This document shows, piece after piece, positions 32,096-44,854 of a stretch of 64,000 nucleotides of DNA. The position numbers and the translations under genes were made by a program. The notes beneath the pieces are model-generated. The model saw nothing but the letters and a program-made list of their open reading frames with translations, had not been told where the DNA came from and searched no databases. Origin of the DNA: Histomonas meleagridis 2922-C6/04-290x (lineage: Eukaryota; Protista; Parabasalia); NCBI GenBank assembly GCA_020184695.1, contig JAANOX010000205.1, positions 186,001 to 250,000 of the forward strand, written 5' to 3'. Each line of letters opens with the position of its first letter. Within the stretch, counting starts at the first letter, position 1.

Positions 32096-33397
32096 ATGTT
32101 GTCTTTTCTTTTTGTTTTTTCTGCATCAGAGACATTAGTCAAAACATTAGACCAATATATAGACCATAACAACAAGGATTTAGGAACATTTAAGCAATAT
32201 TATTTTGAAGTTAACGATAACTTTGATCCAACTAATGGAGTAATCATTTTAAAGCTTGGTGCGGAATCACCAAAACTCGATCCCAGTGGTGTCGATGACT
32301 GGTTTAAGATATTATCAGAACGTTATCATGCTAAAGTCTTTACCATTCAACATAGATTTTTTGGTAAATCACAGCCATTTGATGATACATCAACCGAACA
32401 CCTTCAATATCTTACAGTAGACCAAGCTCTTGAAGATTATTCCTATTTTTACGATTATTATGTTCAAACGCATCCAGATGAACCGATTCACCCATGGCTT
32501 ATAGTAGGTGGTTCTTATCCAGGTCTTTTATCAGCTCTTGCCCGTAAGCGTTATCCCACCAAATTTACTGCTGCCTATTCTTCAGCTGGTGTTTTATTAG
32601 CATCTAATAACCTCACTGATTTTGATTTGCAAGATGCCATTTCAATGGGGCAAGAATGTGCATCGATTGCACGCCATACACGCTGGGAGATTGACCAACT
32701 TGTTGATACAAATCGCGAATACATTATTGATCTTTTAGGCTTCAATTCTAATTTTTCCGATTTTAACATCTACTATGTAGTTGGCGAACTCTTTACTCTC
32801 TCAATCCAATATGGTCACTTATCTGATTTATGTGGACCATTAGTCGATGCATTCAAATCCGGCAATGACTTGCTAACAGCATTTTCCAAATACGCCAAAG
32901 AATTTTTCTATCCAAACTATGGTGATCCCAATGCATATACTGCGCAATATATGCAGCGAACGATCAACACGAACGAATCGTCATCGCGATGCTGGCTATG
33001 GATGACGTGCAACGAATTGGGCTATTGGCAGTATTCTCCTGGACGAGTCGGGATTCGTTCTCCGCGGCTGAATTCGGAAGAGCCATTTTTGCAGCAGTGC
33101 AAAGATGTGTTCGGCATCGATATGAAGCCGGACGTCGATGAGTTTAATCGGAAAAACGGCGGACTGTATCAGGACGTGACGAATGTTTTGTTCACGACAA
33201 GTTCGCAGGACCCATGGACATGGGCGTGCGTGACGGAGGAGTACGTGATGAACAACAACTACGCGAAAACTATAATCGGTAATGAATTTGGACACCACTT
33301 CGACTTTAATATGCCGAAAGAAGATGACCCAATCGACTTGAAGAGAGCAAGAGAACAAATGGTAATGCTGTTGGACCAGTGGCTAAAAATTAACTAA
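32096..33397 (+). CDS. Serine peptidase, family S28
   Basis: Signal peptide; QHRFFGKSQP, GGSYPG nucleophile, WLWMTCNELG, DPW, GHHFD. Confidence 0.9.
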   Translation: MLSFLFVFSASETLVKTLDQYIDHNNKDLGTFKQYYFEVNDNFDPTNGVIILKLGAESPKLDPSGVDDWFKILSERYHAKVFTIQHRFFGKSQPFDDTSTEHLQYLTVDQALEDYSYFYDYYVQTHPDEPIHPWLIVGGSYPGLLSALARKRYPTKFTAAYSSAGVLLASNNLTDFDLQDAISMGQECASIARHTRWEIDQLVDTNREYIIDLLGFNSNFSDFNIYYVVGELFTLSIQYGHLSDLCGPLVDAFKSGNDLLTAFSKYAKEFFYPNYGDPNAYTAQYMQRTINTNESSSRCWLWMTCNELGYWQYSPGRVGIRSPRLNSEEPFLQQCKDVFGIDMKPDVDEFNRKNGGLYQDVTNVLFTTSSQDPWTWACVTEEYVMNNNYAKTIIGNEFGHHFDFNMPKEDDPIDLKRAREQMVMLLDQWLKIN

Positions 33398-33593
33398 ATA
33401 TAATATAATTTTAACGTTTATCTCCTTAATGAATGTATAAATTGGTTTCATTCCTTTTTCATTGAATATGAAATGAATTTTTTGATTAATGAATGTATAA
33501 TAATCAAAATCAGCTTAAAGATCAAATGTTTGTAAAAAGTATCAAAACAAAAGTTGATTGTAAAAAACATATTAAATTCCTAAAAATTATGAT

Positions 33594-36158
33594 TTACTCA
33601 GCGTATAATGGATCCTCATTCATATATTCCTTCTCACTACTATCCTGATTCTTTTTCTTTCTATATATAACTACTATCACTATCACAACAATAATTATTA
33701 CTACTACTGGTATGCACACACCCAAAGATATTGCCAATGCGTTACTTTTTTCGACATAATGACTACACATCGATGAAACTGTTGTGCTTGCGCTCAAAGG
33801 ACCGAATTTCCTTTGTCCACTATAAAAGTCTTTTACCGCAACAGTACGAGCATAAATATCTTCAAATGCAGTTTCTGCAATATATGGTACATTAACGCCA
33901 TCATAAAATATACAAGTAAGACCACAATCATAAAATGCATATTCATCAATTAAAATGATAGAATGAGGGATTACAATATGCGCCAAGGAAGAACATTTAG
34001 CAAATGCATATTTACCAATTACTTGAATGCGATTACCTAAGTCAATATACTGAATATTAGATTCATAGAATGCACCATCATGAATTATATTAACATTATC
34101 ACCAATATTTATAGTTTCTAATAAATAACATCTATAAAATGAATATTCGCCAATGCTACTTAATGCACTTGGTACATTATATATAGAATCAGTTTTACCT
34201 ACTGGATATTATATAATTTTTGATAAAAGTTTTCTATAAAGTATTCCATCATCATTATAATTAGAAAAATATACATTATTTGGTGATACTTTAATGTTTT
34301 TTAAATTATAACATTCACCAAATGATAAGTTACCAATTGTTTGTAGATTGTCTCCAATTCTAACTACACTTAAATAAAAACTAAAAAGAAATGCTGAATC
34401 ATCAATAGTGATAACTGAATTTGGTATTGTTAAATCATTAAGTAAAGTACCATAAAATGAATATTTTCCTATTGTTTCAACATGACAACCAATATCAATC
34501 GATATTATTTTTGCATAATAAAATGAATAATCAGCAATTGTCTTAATGAAATTTGGCATTGTGAAAAATGTAGATAAACCTGATGGATAACATATAATTG
34601 TTGTTTTGTTTTTATCATAAAGAACACCATCTTTATTGTGGTTGGAATAATATGGATTTTGAGATGAAACTATAAGTGATGAAAGTTTATCACATGAAGA
34701 AAATGCATTAATTCCAATATATTTAATATTTTCACTTATTTCAAATGTTTTAAGATGTGTATAATAAAAAGAATAGTTACCAATAACTTCAAGTGATTTT
34801 GGTATATGAATATCACTTAATAAAGTACAATAATAAAATGAATAATTTCCAATTCTAGTTACATTATCACCTAAGGTAACTGATGTTAAATATGTACAAC
34901 AAGAAAATACACTATCTTCAAGTTTGTAATTAAATTTGATAATGTAATATTTTCTAAACTCGAACACTTACTAAATGCTGCTTTACCAATCGTTCTTATT
35001 TGATTTCCAAGATTAATTTTCTTTAATGTATGACAATCATAAAATGCATAATCGCCAATTTTAGTAAGGTTATTTCCAAGTTTAATTTTAGTTAAATCAC
35101 ATTTATAAAATGCATAATCGCAAATGACAGTAACACTTGGTACTTCAATTGCATTTAATGAAGTACAATAATAAAATGCATAATTGCCAATTTTAGTAAG
35201 GTTATTTCCAAGTTTAATTTTAGTTAAATCATAGCAATTATAAAATGCATAATCGCAAATGATAGTAACACTTGGTACTTCAATTGTATTTAATGAAGTA
35301 CAATAATAAAATGAAAAATTTCCAATGATTTCTAACTCGGGTTGAATACGAATAATATCTAAGTTCTTACATCCATAAAATGAAGAGTTTCCAATTTCTT
35401 TAACATTTTTACCTAGATCAACGAGCTCTAATTTCGTACAATTGTAAAACACATAGTTTCCAATAGTTTTTATATTGTCTCCAATAAAAACTTCCTTTAA
35501 CTTTGCGTTTTTATAAAATGCATAATCACCAATTGTGGTTGTTGCGTCTGGTAAATCAATCATTGTTAATGATGTACAATTACAAAATGCTGAGTTGCCA
35601 ATTGTGATGACATTTTTCCCAATTTTAACTGTTTCCAAGTCTTTACATCCACAAAATGAAAAGTTTCCGATTGTAACAATTGAATCTGGAATTCTGACAT
35701 TCTCTAATGAAGTGCAATTATAAAAAGTATAATCACTAATTATAACTACTGATTCAGATATTATGATTTTTTGTAATGAGTTACAATTATAAAATGCATA
35801 ACTACCAATTGTACTGATGTTATTTCCAAAGTTAATTGATTTTAACTTATAACAACCATAAAATGCATGATCACCAATTATAGAAACTGAGTCCAAAATA
35901 GAAACATATGCTAATTTAGTCCATTTCGAAAAAGCTTCTGGTGGTATTTGTGTTACATTTCCACCAATGATAACACTTGTTGCTTTGTTTTTGTACTTGG
36001 ATGTAAACTGGCTAGATTCGTTAATTACGAGTATTACTTTAAAATTTTACTGAATTAGAATTTTGATTTGACTCTTGCAATTTTTTAGGTTTACCAAAAC
36101 CAGTTGCTGAAAGGATTGGGATTGCATGAATAGAAATGAAAAAGAAAAAAATACTCAT
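33594..36158 (-). pseudogene. Disrupted BspA-like LRR surface protein
   Basis: ATG plus signal peptide at 36158; frameshifts at ~36041 and ~34925; in-frame TAA at 34209-34211 (II*YP where the paralogous repeat has IICYP); TM at the 3' end. Confidence 0.8.
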
Positions 36159-36906
36159 GCCAGTTGAAATGAGGTGTTGTCTTCGATGATGATTTTAACC
36201 TTACGGTTATTCGATCAATTTACATGAATCAACCAACCCAATTTTTGATAAGTGATCAAATATTTGAAAAGTTTATGTTATCAAAATTTACATCCAGGAT
36301 GGATAACAATTGTTCTGTTCGTATGACCCACCCTAAATGTTCACCGTTTACAAAAGGTGATTTTTTGAGTTGAAAATGATCGTAGACTGGTTGGTTCCAA
36401 TTCTAGAATAGCACTTTTGAATAAGTGGCAAAGACCTCGTTTCAATTAAATTATGTTTCGGCATAATATAAAATCTCAGAAAAAAAGTTGAATACGATCA
36501 TAATGAATTCAAATGCTGCTGATTTTTCAGAATTATCAGAAATCGCTGAGCTAGCTTGTATTAACCAAAAAGAAAATTGTATTTGCTTGTGTCGAAGTCG
36601 GCCACTCTTATGGTCTTTTTCCAAAAAAATCTAGCAAGATAAATTCAAATGCATTTGTATGGAAATAATTATTAAAACAGTGTAAAAAATCATTTTTTAT
36701 ATGAAGCTTTTCCCCATTCTTCTAAGCATGAAATTGTTACTTATATTTGTGATAATCACATAGCTGACTTTAATGAAATGCTGTCTCTATGTATCATTTT
36801 TTCGAATATTTACATTTTCCTGCAAACTTTAAATTTCTTTTGGGAAATAGAGAGCGTTTACCATATTAAAAATATATTTCAAAAAACGAATTGATAAAAT
36901 TCTGTT

Positions 36907-38145
36907 TTATTCCTCTGATTCGTAAATTAGCAATACTGAACAATGCCAATCGCCACTTCCTGCCAACATTTCTATTGCCTCTTCATCCACTTCGGTCACC
37001 TTCATATCATCGAATCTGAACCATTGACCCTTTACGCAGACATGTGTAATGTAGTGTCCTGAATCAGCGCTTCTTCCTCTATGTGTAATCACAGCTTTTA
37101 GTTTATAATATCCTCTCCTTGACTTGTTTTCTTCATTTTCTCTCTCAGCAATGATTTCTTTTCGTAAGTCTGGCGCAAGCCATTGTAATGTATCGATTTC
37201 CATCGGATGAACAACTCGGCGGACAAGCTTCGCTGTTATTTGCTCGTCTTTTTTGTATGCAAAACGAAGCATTTGGAAGGTCAAATAACGTGGAAGTGTT
37301 GCAATACGTCGTTCATATCGATATATTGTCGTGTTGCCTTCGCCAGTGGACTCAACATCTTCATCAAGTTTGACACCTTGTTCAAGTTGGCGGACTTCTT
37401 CGTTGATGATAACGCTAATATGATTATCTGTTTCTTCAGTAACACTAGCAGGAGCGTTGTCGCCAAGTTTACTTTGTCTAACTTCGAATGTAATTTCAAA
37501 AAGATTATTAAAACTACGGCCAATGGCGTTCTTGAAAATATTATAGATATACCACCATGCTTCAGTAACATCTTGTTGCTTTGGAAGACCTTGTTCATCA
37601 ACAGCATTGAAGAGTGCTGGGTTAGAAACCTTTAAAGCTTGGAATGCATGGTTAAGACCCTGTGGGAAATTTCGAAATAGATCTGCTAAGCAACGAACAA
37701 CATTGGCATTAGGAGAATTGGGTGGAACATTTGAAGATAAAATAACGTCACGACATTCTGGAAGAAGACGAAGTGTTTGAAGACATGAATTAAGATAACA
37801 TGTATTTCCAAGATTGGGAAGACCTTTGGTAATAGCTTCAAGTTCTTTGCTAGTGAATTTGCCTTCTTCATCTTCGTTGATTTCTTCTTCTTCAACTGGA
37901 GGAGCTACATTTACAGGTGGAAGTTCGGCTGTACCAATAAGCATAAAACGTGATTTCTCAGTGATGTCTCCGGGTTTCCATGAGTCACCTGGTTTAATTT
38001 GTCGGCGTCTCATAGTGAGTTTTTGATTATCAATTGGAACACCAGTAACATTTTGAAGCGTTGTCATAAATTCAAGTACGGGATGATCTGGATTGCACGG
38101 AACTTCAAGGTCTTTTGGACCCCATTTAACATGGACTTTAGTCAT
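36907..38145 (-). CDS. USP14: Ubiquitin C-terminal hydrolase Ubp6/USP14
   Basis: N-terminal UBL, GLPNLGNTCYLNS, QQDVTE, HRGRSADSGHY. Confidence 0.9.
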   Translation of the reverse strand: MTKVHVKWGPKDLEVPCNPDHPVLEFMTTLQNVTGVPIDNQKLTMRRRQIKPGDSWKPGDITEKSRFMLIGTAELPPVNVAPPVEEEEINEDEEGKFTSKELEAITKGLPNLGNTCYLNSCLQTLRLLPECRDVILSSNVPPNSPNANVVRCLADLFRNFPQGLNHAFQALKVSNPALFNAVDEQGLPKQQDVTEAWWYIYNIFKNAIGRSFNNLFEITFEVRQSKLGDNAPASVTEETDNHISVIINEEVRQLEQGVKLDEDVESTGEGNTTIYRYERRIATLPRYLTFQMLRFAYKKDEQITAKLVRRVVHPMEIDTLQWLAPDLRKEIIAERENEENKSRRGYYKLKAVITHRGRSADSGHYITHVCVKGQWFRFDDMKVTEVDEEAIEMLAGSGDWHCSVLLIYESEE

Positions 38146-38593
38146 CTTAAAAAATTTGGTACGGTTTTTTCGGTTTGTCTGACCAATTTATAAATAAGTT
38201 ATTTACAAAAGTGACTGCATAACGGTCTCTAAAGCAGAAAAAAGAACTTTTCCCTGCATCAGCACAAGGTAAAGGATCCATAGTATTTTTTTTTATTGGT
38301 GACATTCAAGAGAAATAAAAGTTTGTAAAATTTAGATAAATCAAAAATTAAATGCAATTAATGAAATTCAGATATAAAAATTGTAGAAGAATGCTTTTAT
38401 TCGGGAAAAATTCATATTTAACAATCTGTATATTATTATACCAATGGCGTGGCTTTTAACAAAACAGTTTCTAATCTTAAGATAATTGTAATCCTTTGTC
38501 ATTAATTGCGAAAGTTTCGTAAAACCATAACTTTACTTTAACTGATATCCAATTTCATTATTCAAAAACATAATTTATGACACATTAATTAAC

Positions 38594-40525
38594 TTACTTC
38601 TTTGTCACTTTCTGAGCGTCGGCGCCAGCCTTTGCGATCATTTCCTTCAGTTCGTCGATTGAAGTTACCAATTTTGTTGCCTTACCCTGTACTTCCTCTT
38701 CCACTTTCTCTATTTTGCCATCCACTTTCGCTTGTGCGTCTTCAAGTTTCAGGTATCCCTCGGTCACTGTCTGTGCAATTTGTTCACCAACTGTACTTCC
38801 AGTGAATATCTTTGTTACCAAGTCCAAGTCCCTACAGAACTCGCATGCTCCTTCTAATTCAATGAACTCCATAAATCTATTCTCGGATAACTCGATGATT
38901 GTGCCGACTTTGCCTGATGCATCTTTATACTTATCGAATCCATCACTGACAGTTTGCACTAATGTTAATGAAGCGCTTTTAGCCTTATCTAAAGCTTCAT
39001 CAATTTCCTTATAGAACGTTGTGTTGAGTCCTAAGAGAACAAGTTTCGCAAGTGTAATTTGTGCTGCTGATTGAAGCTCTTGGATCTTATAATAGTCGAA
39101 ATTGATTTCTCGACTTCTTTGATGATTTCTGCACCTTGTTTCACTATGTCATATTTAGTTACATCGATTCCAAGTTCTTTAAGTTCATTAATTGCTTCAG
39201 TGACATTACCTTTACGTAATGCTTCAATTGATGTCTTCCCTTGTTGTATGAATCCTTTACCTTGTTTATATAATGCATCTCCTTGTTTATATAATGTTTC
39301 TCCTTTCTTATATAACACAAGCGCATTTTGTATTGCTTGGTTCTTTTCAATGTCAATTCCAATCTTCTTAAGTTGTGTTGTTGCTTCAGTGATTTTTCCT
39401 TTCTTTGCATATTCATATGCAGTTTTACTAATGTTAACTTTCGATTCGATTTCTTTATAATATGTAAGTCCTTTTTGTACTGCTTTACTTGATGTAACAT
39501 TAATTCCTGCCTTTTGTAAATATGCAACTGTTTGTTTAACATCTCCTTTCTTTGCATAGTTATAAGCTGTCTTTGCATTTTGTAATTTAGCTGTTACATC
39601 ATTATAATATGTTAAGCATTGGTTAACTTTTTGGTTTTGTGTTACATCAAAACCTGCTTGTTTAAGGAGTATTACAGCGCTATTAAGTCGACCTTTCTTA
39701 ATTGCATCATAAGCAGCTTTACCTAATTCAAGTTTCTCCTTTCCTTGTTTATATAATGTTTCGCCTTGATAATATAAGTTAGAAGCTTTCTCAAATAATT
39801 GTTCCGCTTTAGTGTACAATGAATTCTTACGTACATCTAAGCCTAACTCTGCAAGTCCTTCAATAGCTCTACCGAAGTGACCTGTTTTGATTGATTCGGT
39901 AACTTGTTTACCTTTCTTATACATATCATAACCTCGTTGATAATAATCTAAACCTTGTTGAAGTAATTCGCTGTTTGCTATTAATTGTTTCGCAACATCA
40001 GTCGAAACAAGTGATGTAACACCACTAACGATTTGTGCGTAATTACCATTCTTAATACCTTTATAAACCATTTCGCCTTGCTTGTAGAGTTGTTGTGCTT
40101 CGGCTGCCTTCTCTGCAATTGTGCCAATCGTTCCGCCAATGTTTCCGCCAACTGCAGCTGCAATGCCGCCAAGTGTTGAAACGAAATCTTTTTCTTTTAT
40201 GCCTTGGTAAATAGACATGCCGGCTTGGTATAATGCATATGCTTTGTATGCAGTAGCCATTGTAGCTGCAATGGATGCTGCAAGCCCAATTTGGCCTACA
40301 ACTGGTATCCAACATGTGACAAAGCCAACATATGGTGCAACTGCTTTAACTTTCTTAAACGTCCATTTGACTTCTTTCTTTACATCACTTATAACTGGCT
40401 TATACGCTTTAGCAGCTGCTTTAAGATCTTTGGCAACTTTCTTGCTGAGATCTTTGATGATTTGTCCAGCTTTGCCTGGATTGGTTGCAAGTAGTTTACG
40501 ACTCCATATTTTTTGACGTGTTCAT
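38594..40525 (-). pseudogene. ~643-aa repeat-rich helical protein split by two compensating frameshifts
   Basis: ATG at 40525; one extra A in A6 at 40509-40514 joins the frame open to 40260 and beyond; a -1 shift near 39110 joins the 38594-38959 ORF. Confidence 0.65.
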
Positions 40526-40876
40526 ATGGATTCCCTTTTTTCCGTGATTAAATAAAGCAAAATTTCACATATACTCTTATGATAGCGATTTACTGATTAA
40601 ATGATGCGAAAAATACATTTTTAAGTGTCGAAAAGCTCTCCGATGATTATGAAAAAACCGATGTAAACCACGCAAAAAATTGAGTAATATCACCAAACAA
40701 TTTGCATGTCATTTGACAAATACGACCCAATTCTCAATTGAAAATTGAATCAAGCAGCTAATTTTGTGATAAAATTTTGTCAAGCAGGATCGTTCCCGTT
40801 GACAAAAAAGACAAATTTAAACTTAACTTAATAGATTATAACTTTTTAAACTATACTTAGATAAAGTGAATTAGAA

Positions 40877-41143
40877 TTAGTAAATATGGCAACAACATTC
40901 AGGATCGTATGAACGATATCCACCATCAGCTGGGTAGTATCCACCATGATGGTGATGTGGAGGCGGTGGTGGATGGTGTGGTGGAGGTGGTGGCCCATGG
41001 TGTAGTGGTGGTGGTGGATGGTGTGGTGGAGGCGGACGATGTGGTGGAGGCGGTCCGTGACGTGGAGGTGATCCGTGGTGTGGAGGTGGCCCATGACGTG
41101 GAGGAGGTCCATGGCGTGGAGGTGGCCCGTGGTGTGGAGGCAT
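40877..41143 (-). CDS. Pro/His-rich peptide with Cys-rich C-terminus
   Basis: 18-bp HGPPPR repeats; ends CCCHIY*. Confidence 0.7.
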   Translation of the reverse strand: MPPHHGPPPRHGPPPRHGPPPHHGSPPRHGPPPPHRPPPPHHPPPPLHHGPPPPPHHPPPPPHHHHGGYYPADGGYRSYDPECCCHIY

Positions 41144-41777
41144 TAAAAATGTGATCCGATTCGGCAGTTAATTCAATTCAGATAAATCGGTTAAATTCAA
41201 ATTTGTGATGTGTTACGCAACGTCTTTTGTTTTTTCGAATGCTAATATCTCTATTCCAGATATATGAATAAAAGGCAACTCTTGAAGTTACACTTAAAAT
41301 ATATAATGCATTTAGGAAATCCACTGGTATCCTGAAACAGTAAGTCATATGACTTCATGCTAACTTTCAAAATAATGAAAAATTCGAATGAAAGTTTAAT
41401 TTTCGAAAATTATTAAAATTATGAAACCATTTTTTTCTTATGAAAATAATTTATCCCATTCATTTGAAATAAAAAATAAAGTAAATAAAATAGTTTCATA
41501 TGAGGCAAATAATCATCAAAATGAATTTAATGTTTTAATAGGAAACATTATAATTCGCTAACCATTATTCTATTGATATAAAATTTGGTCATATCTAAAT
41601 GAAGAAATATTAAAAATAATGATCACCATGGTGAAAAAAATACTAAACAAAAACAGCTCATCCAAATCCTAAAAAAGAATTTATTAGTTAACCAATTAAA
41701 CAAAATCGAATTTTTTATTAAATTTTTATTATTTTTATATAACACTAATTTTAATGTATTCACCGCATTTCAATGCA

Positions 41778-43016
41778 TTAACTTTCACTAAAATAAGCGA
41801 AGTTTCTTGAGTTAATATTTGCAGCATCGTTTAATATCAGCACGCCGCTTTCCTGGTGGAAGATTCCCTCTTTCGTTTCGCCGTTTTCTTCTTTATACGA
41901 AACAACGAAATCTGGATAAGGCAACAGTCCTTGCCGCATCCCAATGAATTGCATGTCGAACCTTAATGACTCTTTACTGTTCAGTGAACCTTTAACTAAG
42001 TGCGAACCATATGGCGCAATGCAATTTTGTGGATCAGCTTTGATGTTAAACGAAAATTCCATTTTATTCTCACTAGAGTTCTGTACATGGATTTTAACTA
42101 TGAATGGCGTCAATATGTTCATCGCTTGTGGTGATCCAATCATTTCGACTGATAATGGGAAATTAATTATCGGTTCTGACAATTCCAAATTTATCGGATT
42201 TGGACACTTAAACTCACAGGTGAAGCTCAAACAACGCCATTTTACGATTATACGGCCAACAATTAATTTGGTGGTTGTTACTGATTCATCATCTTTATGT
42301 GAAAATTCAAGTTGATATACTTTAGAAACACTGTTCTTGGGTAGAAGTGAGTCGGCAATACTAAAGTCGTCTTCTTCATATGGAGGAAGAAAAAATTCGT
42401 CGTTAATTAATTCAACTTGAAGATCATGAATTGTATATGCCATGTTATTAGTAAGGGAAACACGCGCTAAAACACCTTCGTTACCAACAATATGGGCAGA
42501 TGTAAGAATTATAAAGGGATATTCAACATCATAATCAAGACAAATACAAAAATTCTTGGTTTCGGATCGATTATCAAGAGAATATCGAATGCTGGTAAGA
42601 ATGGAGTGGTTTTCTATTGAATGGCATCGAGCTTCAATTACATAATAAAGTGGATCTTTTGTAAGAGTTCTGTTTGGTAGTGAATAATCAGAGCTAGGTT
42701 GTGAGCGTGGATCATCCACTAAGCGAAGTTCAACGCTATCTTTGAATTTGGACCGACCAGTAATTTGAAGATTATGTAAATTATTACGTCGGCTTCTGAT
42801 TTGGACAAGAAAATAAAAAGGAACGCCACAATAAATAGATGGATTGTTTGACATAACTGGTTCGGGATGATATTTGAAATCATTGGTTTCAGAAGGAAAA
42901 TGGGAAAATGGTATTTTAAAAGAAGCGCTTGGTGTTCCAAGAACATTAAACTTGAATGCTACGTTCTGGTCAAGATATATTTCTTCGCCAAATGAAGCGC
43001 TGATCTCCGCTGTCAT
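41778..43016 (-). CDS. TRAPPC13: TRAPPC13-like protein
   Basis: Three Ig-like beta domains, size and layout as in DUF974/TRAPPC13; divergent. Confidence 0.5.
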   Translation of the reverse strand: MTAEISASFGEEIYLDQNVAFKFNVLGTPSASFKIPFSHFPSETNDFKYHPEPVMSNNPSIYCGVPFYFLVQIRSRRNNLHNLQITGRSKFKDSVELRLVDDPRSQPSSDYSLPNRTLTKDPLYYVIEARCHSIENHSILTSIRYSLDNRSETKNFCICLDYDVEYPFIILTSAHIVGNEGVLARVSLTNNMAYTIHDLQVELINDEFFLPPYEEDDFSIADSLLPKNSVSKVYQLEFSHKDDESVTTTKLIVGRIIVKWRCLSFTCEFKCPNPINLELSEPIINFPLSVEMIGSPQAMNILTPFIVKIHVQNSSENKMEFSFNIKADPQNCIAPYGSHLVKGSLNSKESLRFDMQFIGMRQGLLPYPDFVVSYKEENGETKEGIFHQESGVLILNDAANINSRNFAYFSES

Positions 43017-43543
43017 TCAGGTGCTTTGTTTTTGGTTTCGAGTGTGAAGCACTTTTCATTGAAATTCTGAATATAACGGTTATCACAAAGTGTGAATGAA
43101 TTTTCTTTAAATTATTCTCTATTATTACATTGTTTTTGATTTATCATTTTACCAATGGAAAATCTTTCGGTATAAAATTGATAAGTTATTGTTTTTCAAA
43201 TAGGAATTAAAAAGCCAAAATCGTTCCACTACTTAAAATTATTAAAAATAAATTCAAGTCAAGAACAAAATTCCTGTTCTATATAATATAGACATTGCTA
43301 TTTAATAAATAAAATCGATAAGTAAAATTTGCATTAGGTTGTATTCAGTTTTATGCTACATGAAAAGAAATATCAATAATGTTGTAAAAAAATCCAAGTT
43401 GTATGAGGAACTATCATTCATAGACATGTTTGGAATGTAATACTAAATTTATTAAACGCTAAATCATATTTTATGAAATATTTCCATACGAAAACTGTAG
43501 ATAATTCAAATATCCAAATAAACAAAGTAACTAAGAAATAACA

Positions 43544-43723
43544 GGATGGCTTGTTGCAACGGAGGCCGGATGCCTCATCACCCACTATGATGGAAAAGGA
43601 TTCACGTGTGAGTCATTACAGCAACCAATTCTTTCACTTGTTTGTGCAACGCCAGCAATCCACAAACAGATACTAGAAAATATCCAAATTGCACGCGCTG
43701 CAATAGGAACCAATGATAAGTAA
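43544..43723 (+). pseudogene. 3' fragment of an inositol monophosphatase-family gene
   Basis: GWLVATEAGCLITHYDGKGF...HKQILENIQ...* matches the IMPase C-terminal EAGGxxTDxxG region; no start codon. Confidence 0.6.
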
Positions 43724-44407
43724 ACTTTCCAAACAATTTTAAAAAAATATTTTTTTAACTTATAAATTTCGTGTTTCAGGTTGTTAATGATTCAGCTACT
43801 ATCGAAATTCAAAATAAAAACTATTATTATCAGCTATCAAAGAAAGAATTTCAGTTGTTACATTAACTTATTAGTAATTTTGTTACCCTTTTTTGAGATA
43901 ATATATTTTAAGAAAATTAAATTGAATATCAAGAAACAAAAAATTTATTTAACCAATAAATCAATATGAACAATAAGAATATTGTAACAAAATAAAGTAA
44001 ATTAATTTGAATTATTTTGATGAATTAATAGATTTCATTTTATAAAAAAATGATATTTAGCCAACCTATTTCACTGAAGGAAAGAACATGTTTATTAAAT
44101 AGATTTGAGAATATATGAAATATATGATTTATGCATAGATATCAAAATTTTACAACACACCATTTTAATTTTAATATTTTATTACAAATAAGTTTAAAAT
44201 TAAAAAGAAATCTATAAGAGGGAAAGTTGGTTGACAGTGTCTTGTTATTTGTGTTTACTTTCTTGATTTATTACTTCAGTTTTTTAATATAAATCCGATG
44301 ATTTTTTAATTTATTCGATTTGATCTGCATCCAGTTTATTAAAAATATCATTATGCTTAAATATACAACTTTTTCCTATCCACCATTATTTTACCGTTAT
44401 TTTATTT

Positions 44408-44854
44408 TTATTTGTCTGCCTCAAGAAGCAGTAATCTTTTTATGATTTTAGCAGGAACTCCAGCTACTATGCAGTTTGGCGGAACATCTTTAACGACAAC
44501 AGCTCCATCCGCAACGACGCTGTTATCACCAATTGTTACTCCAGGACATATTGTGGCACTTCCTCCAATCCAACAATTCTCACTGATTGCGATAGGCTTA
44601 GCATATTCTCTCCGGGAATTTCTTGTTTTGGCATCAGTTGGGCGAGTTGCAGTGTAAACTCCAACATTGCGTGCAAACATTGTATTATTACCAATTGTAA
44701 TTGGACATACATCAAGAAGGATACAGTTATAGTTAAAGTAAACATTACCTTTGGGCTTGATATTTATACCATAGTCACAATAAAACGGTGGTTCAATATA
44801 TAAATCTGGATAGTATTTTCCGAATAATTTTTGCCATTGCTTTCTTTCCTCCAT
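44408..44854 (-). pseudogene. 5'-truncated maltose/galactoside O-acetyltransferase (bacterial type)
   Basis: IEPPFYCDYG, hexapeptide repeats, VVVKDVP..VAGVPA; upstream frame broken; TATRP instead of TATHP. Confidence 0.75.

Noticed and set aside
36180-36620. Possible C/D snoRNA (ATGATGA at ~36187)
   Set aside because: No D box at a plausible distance and no terminal stem seen; more likely a decayed coding remnant
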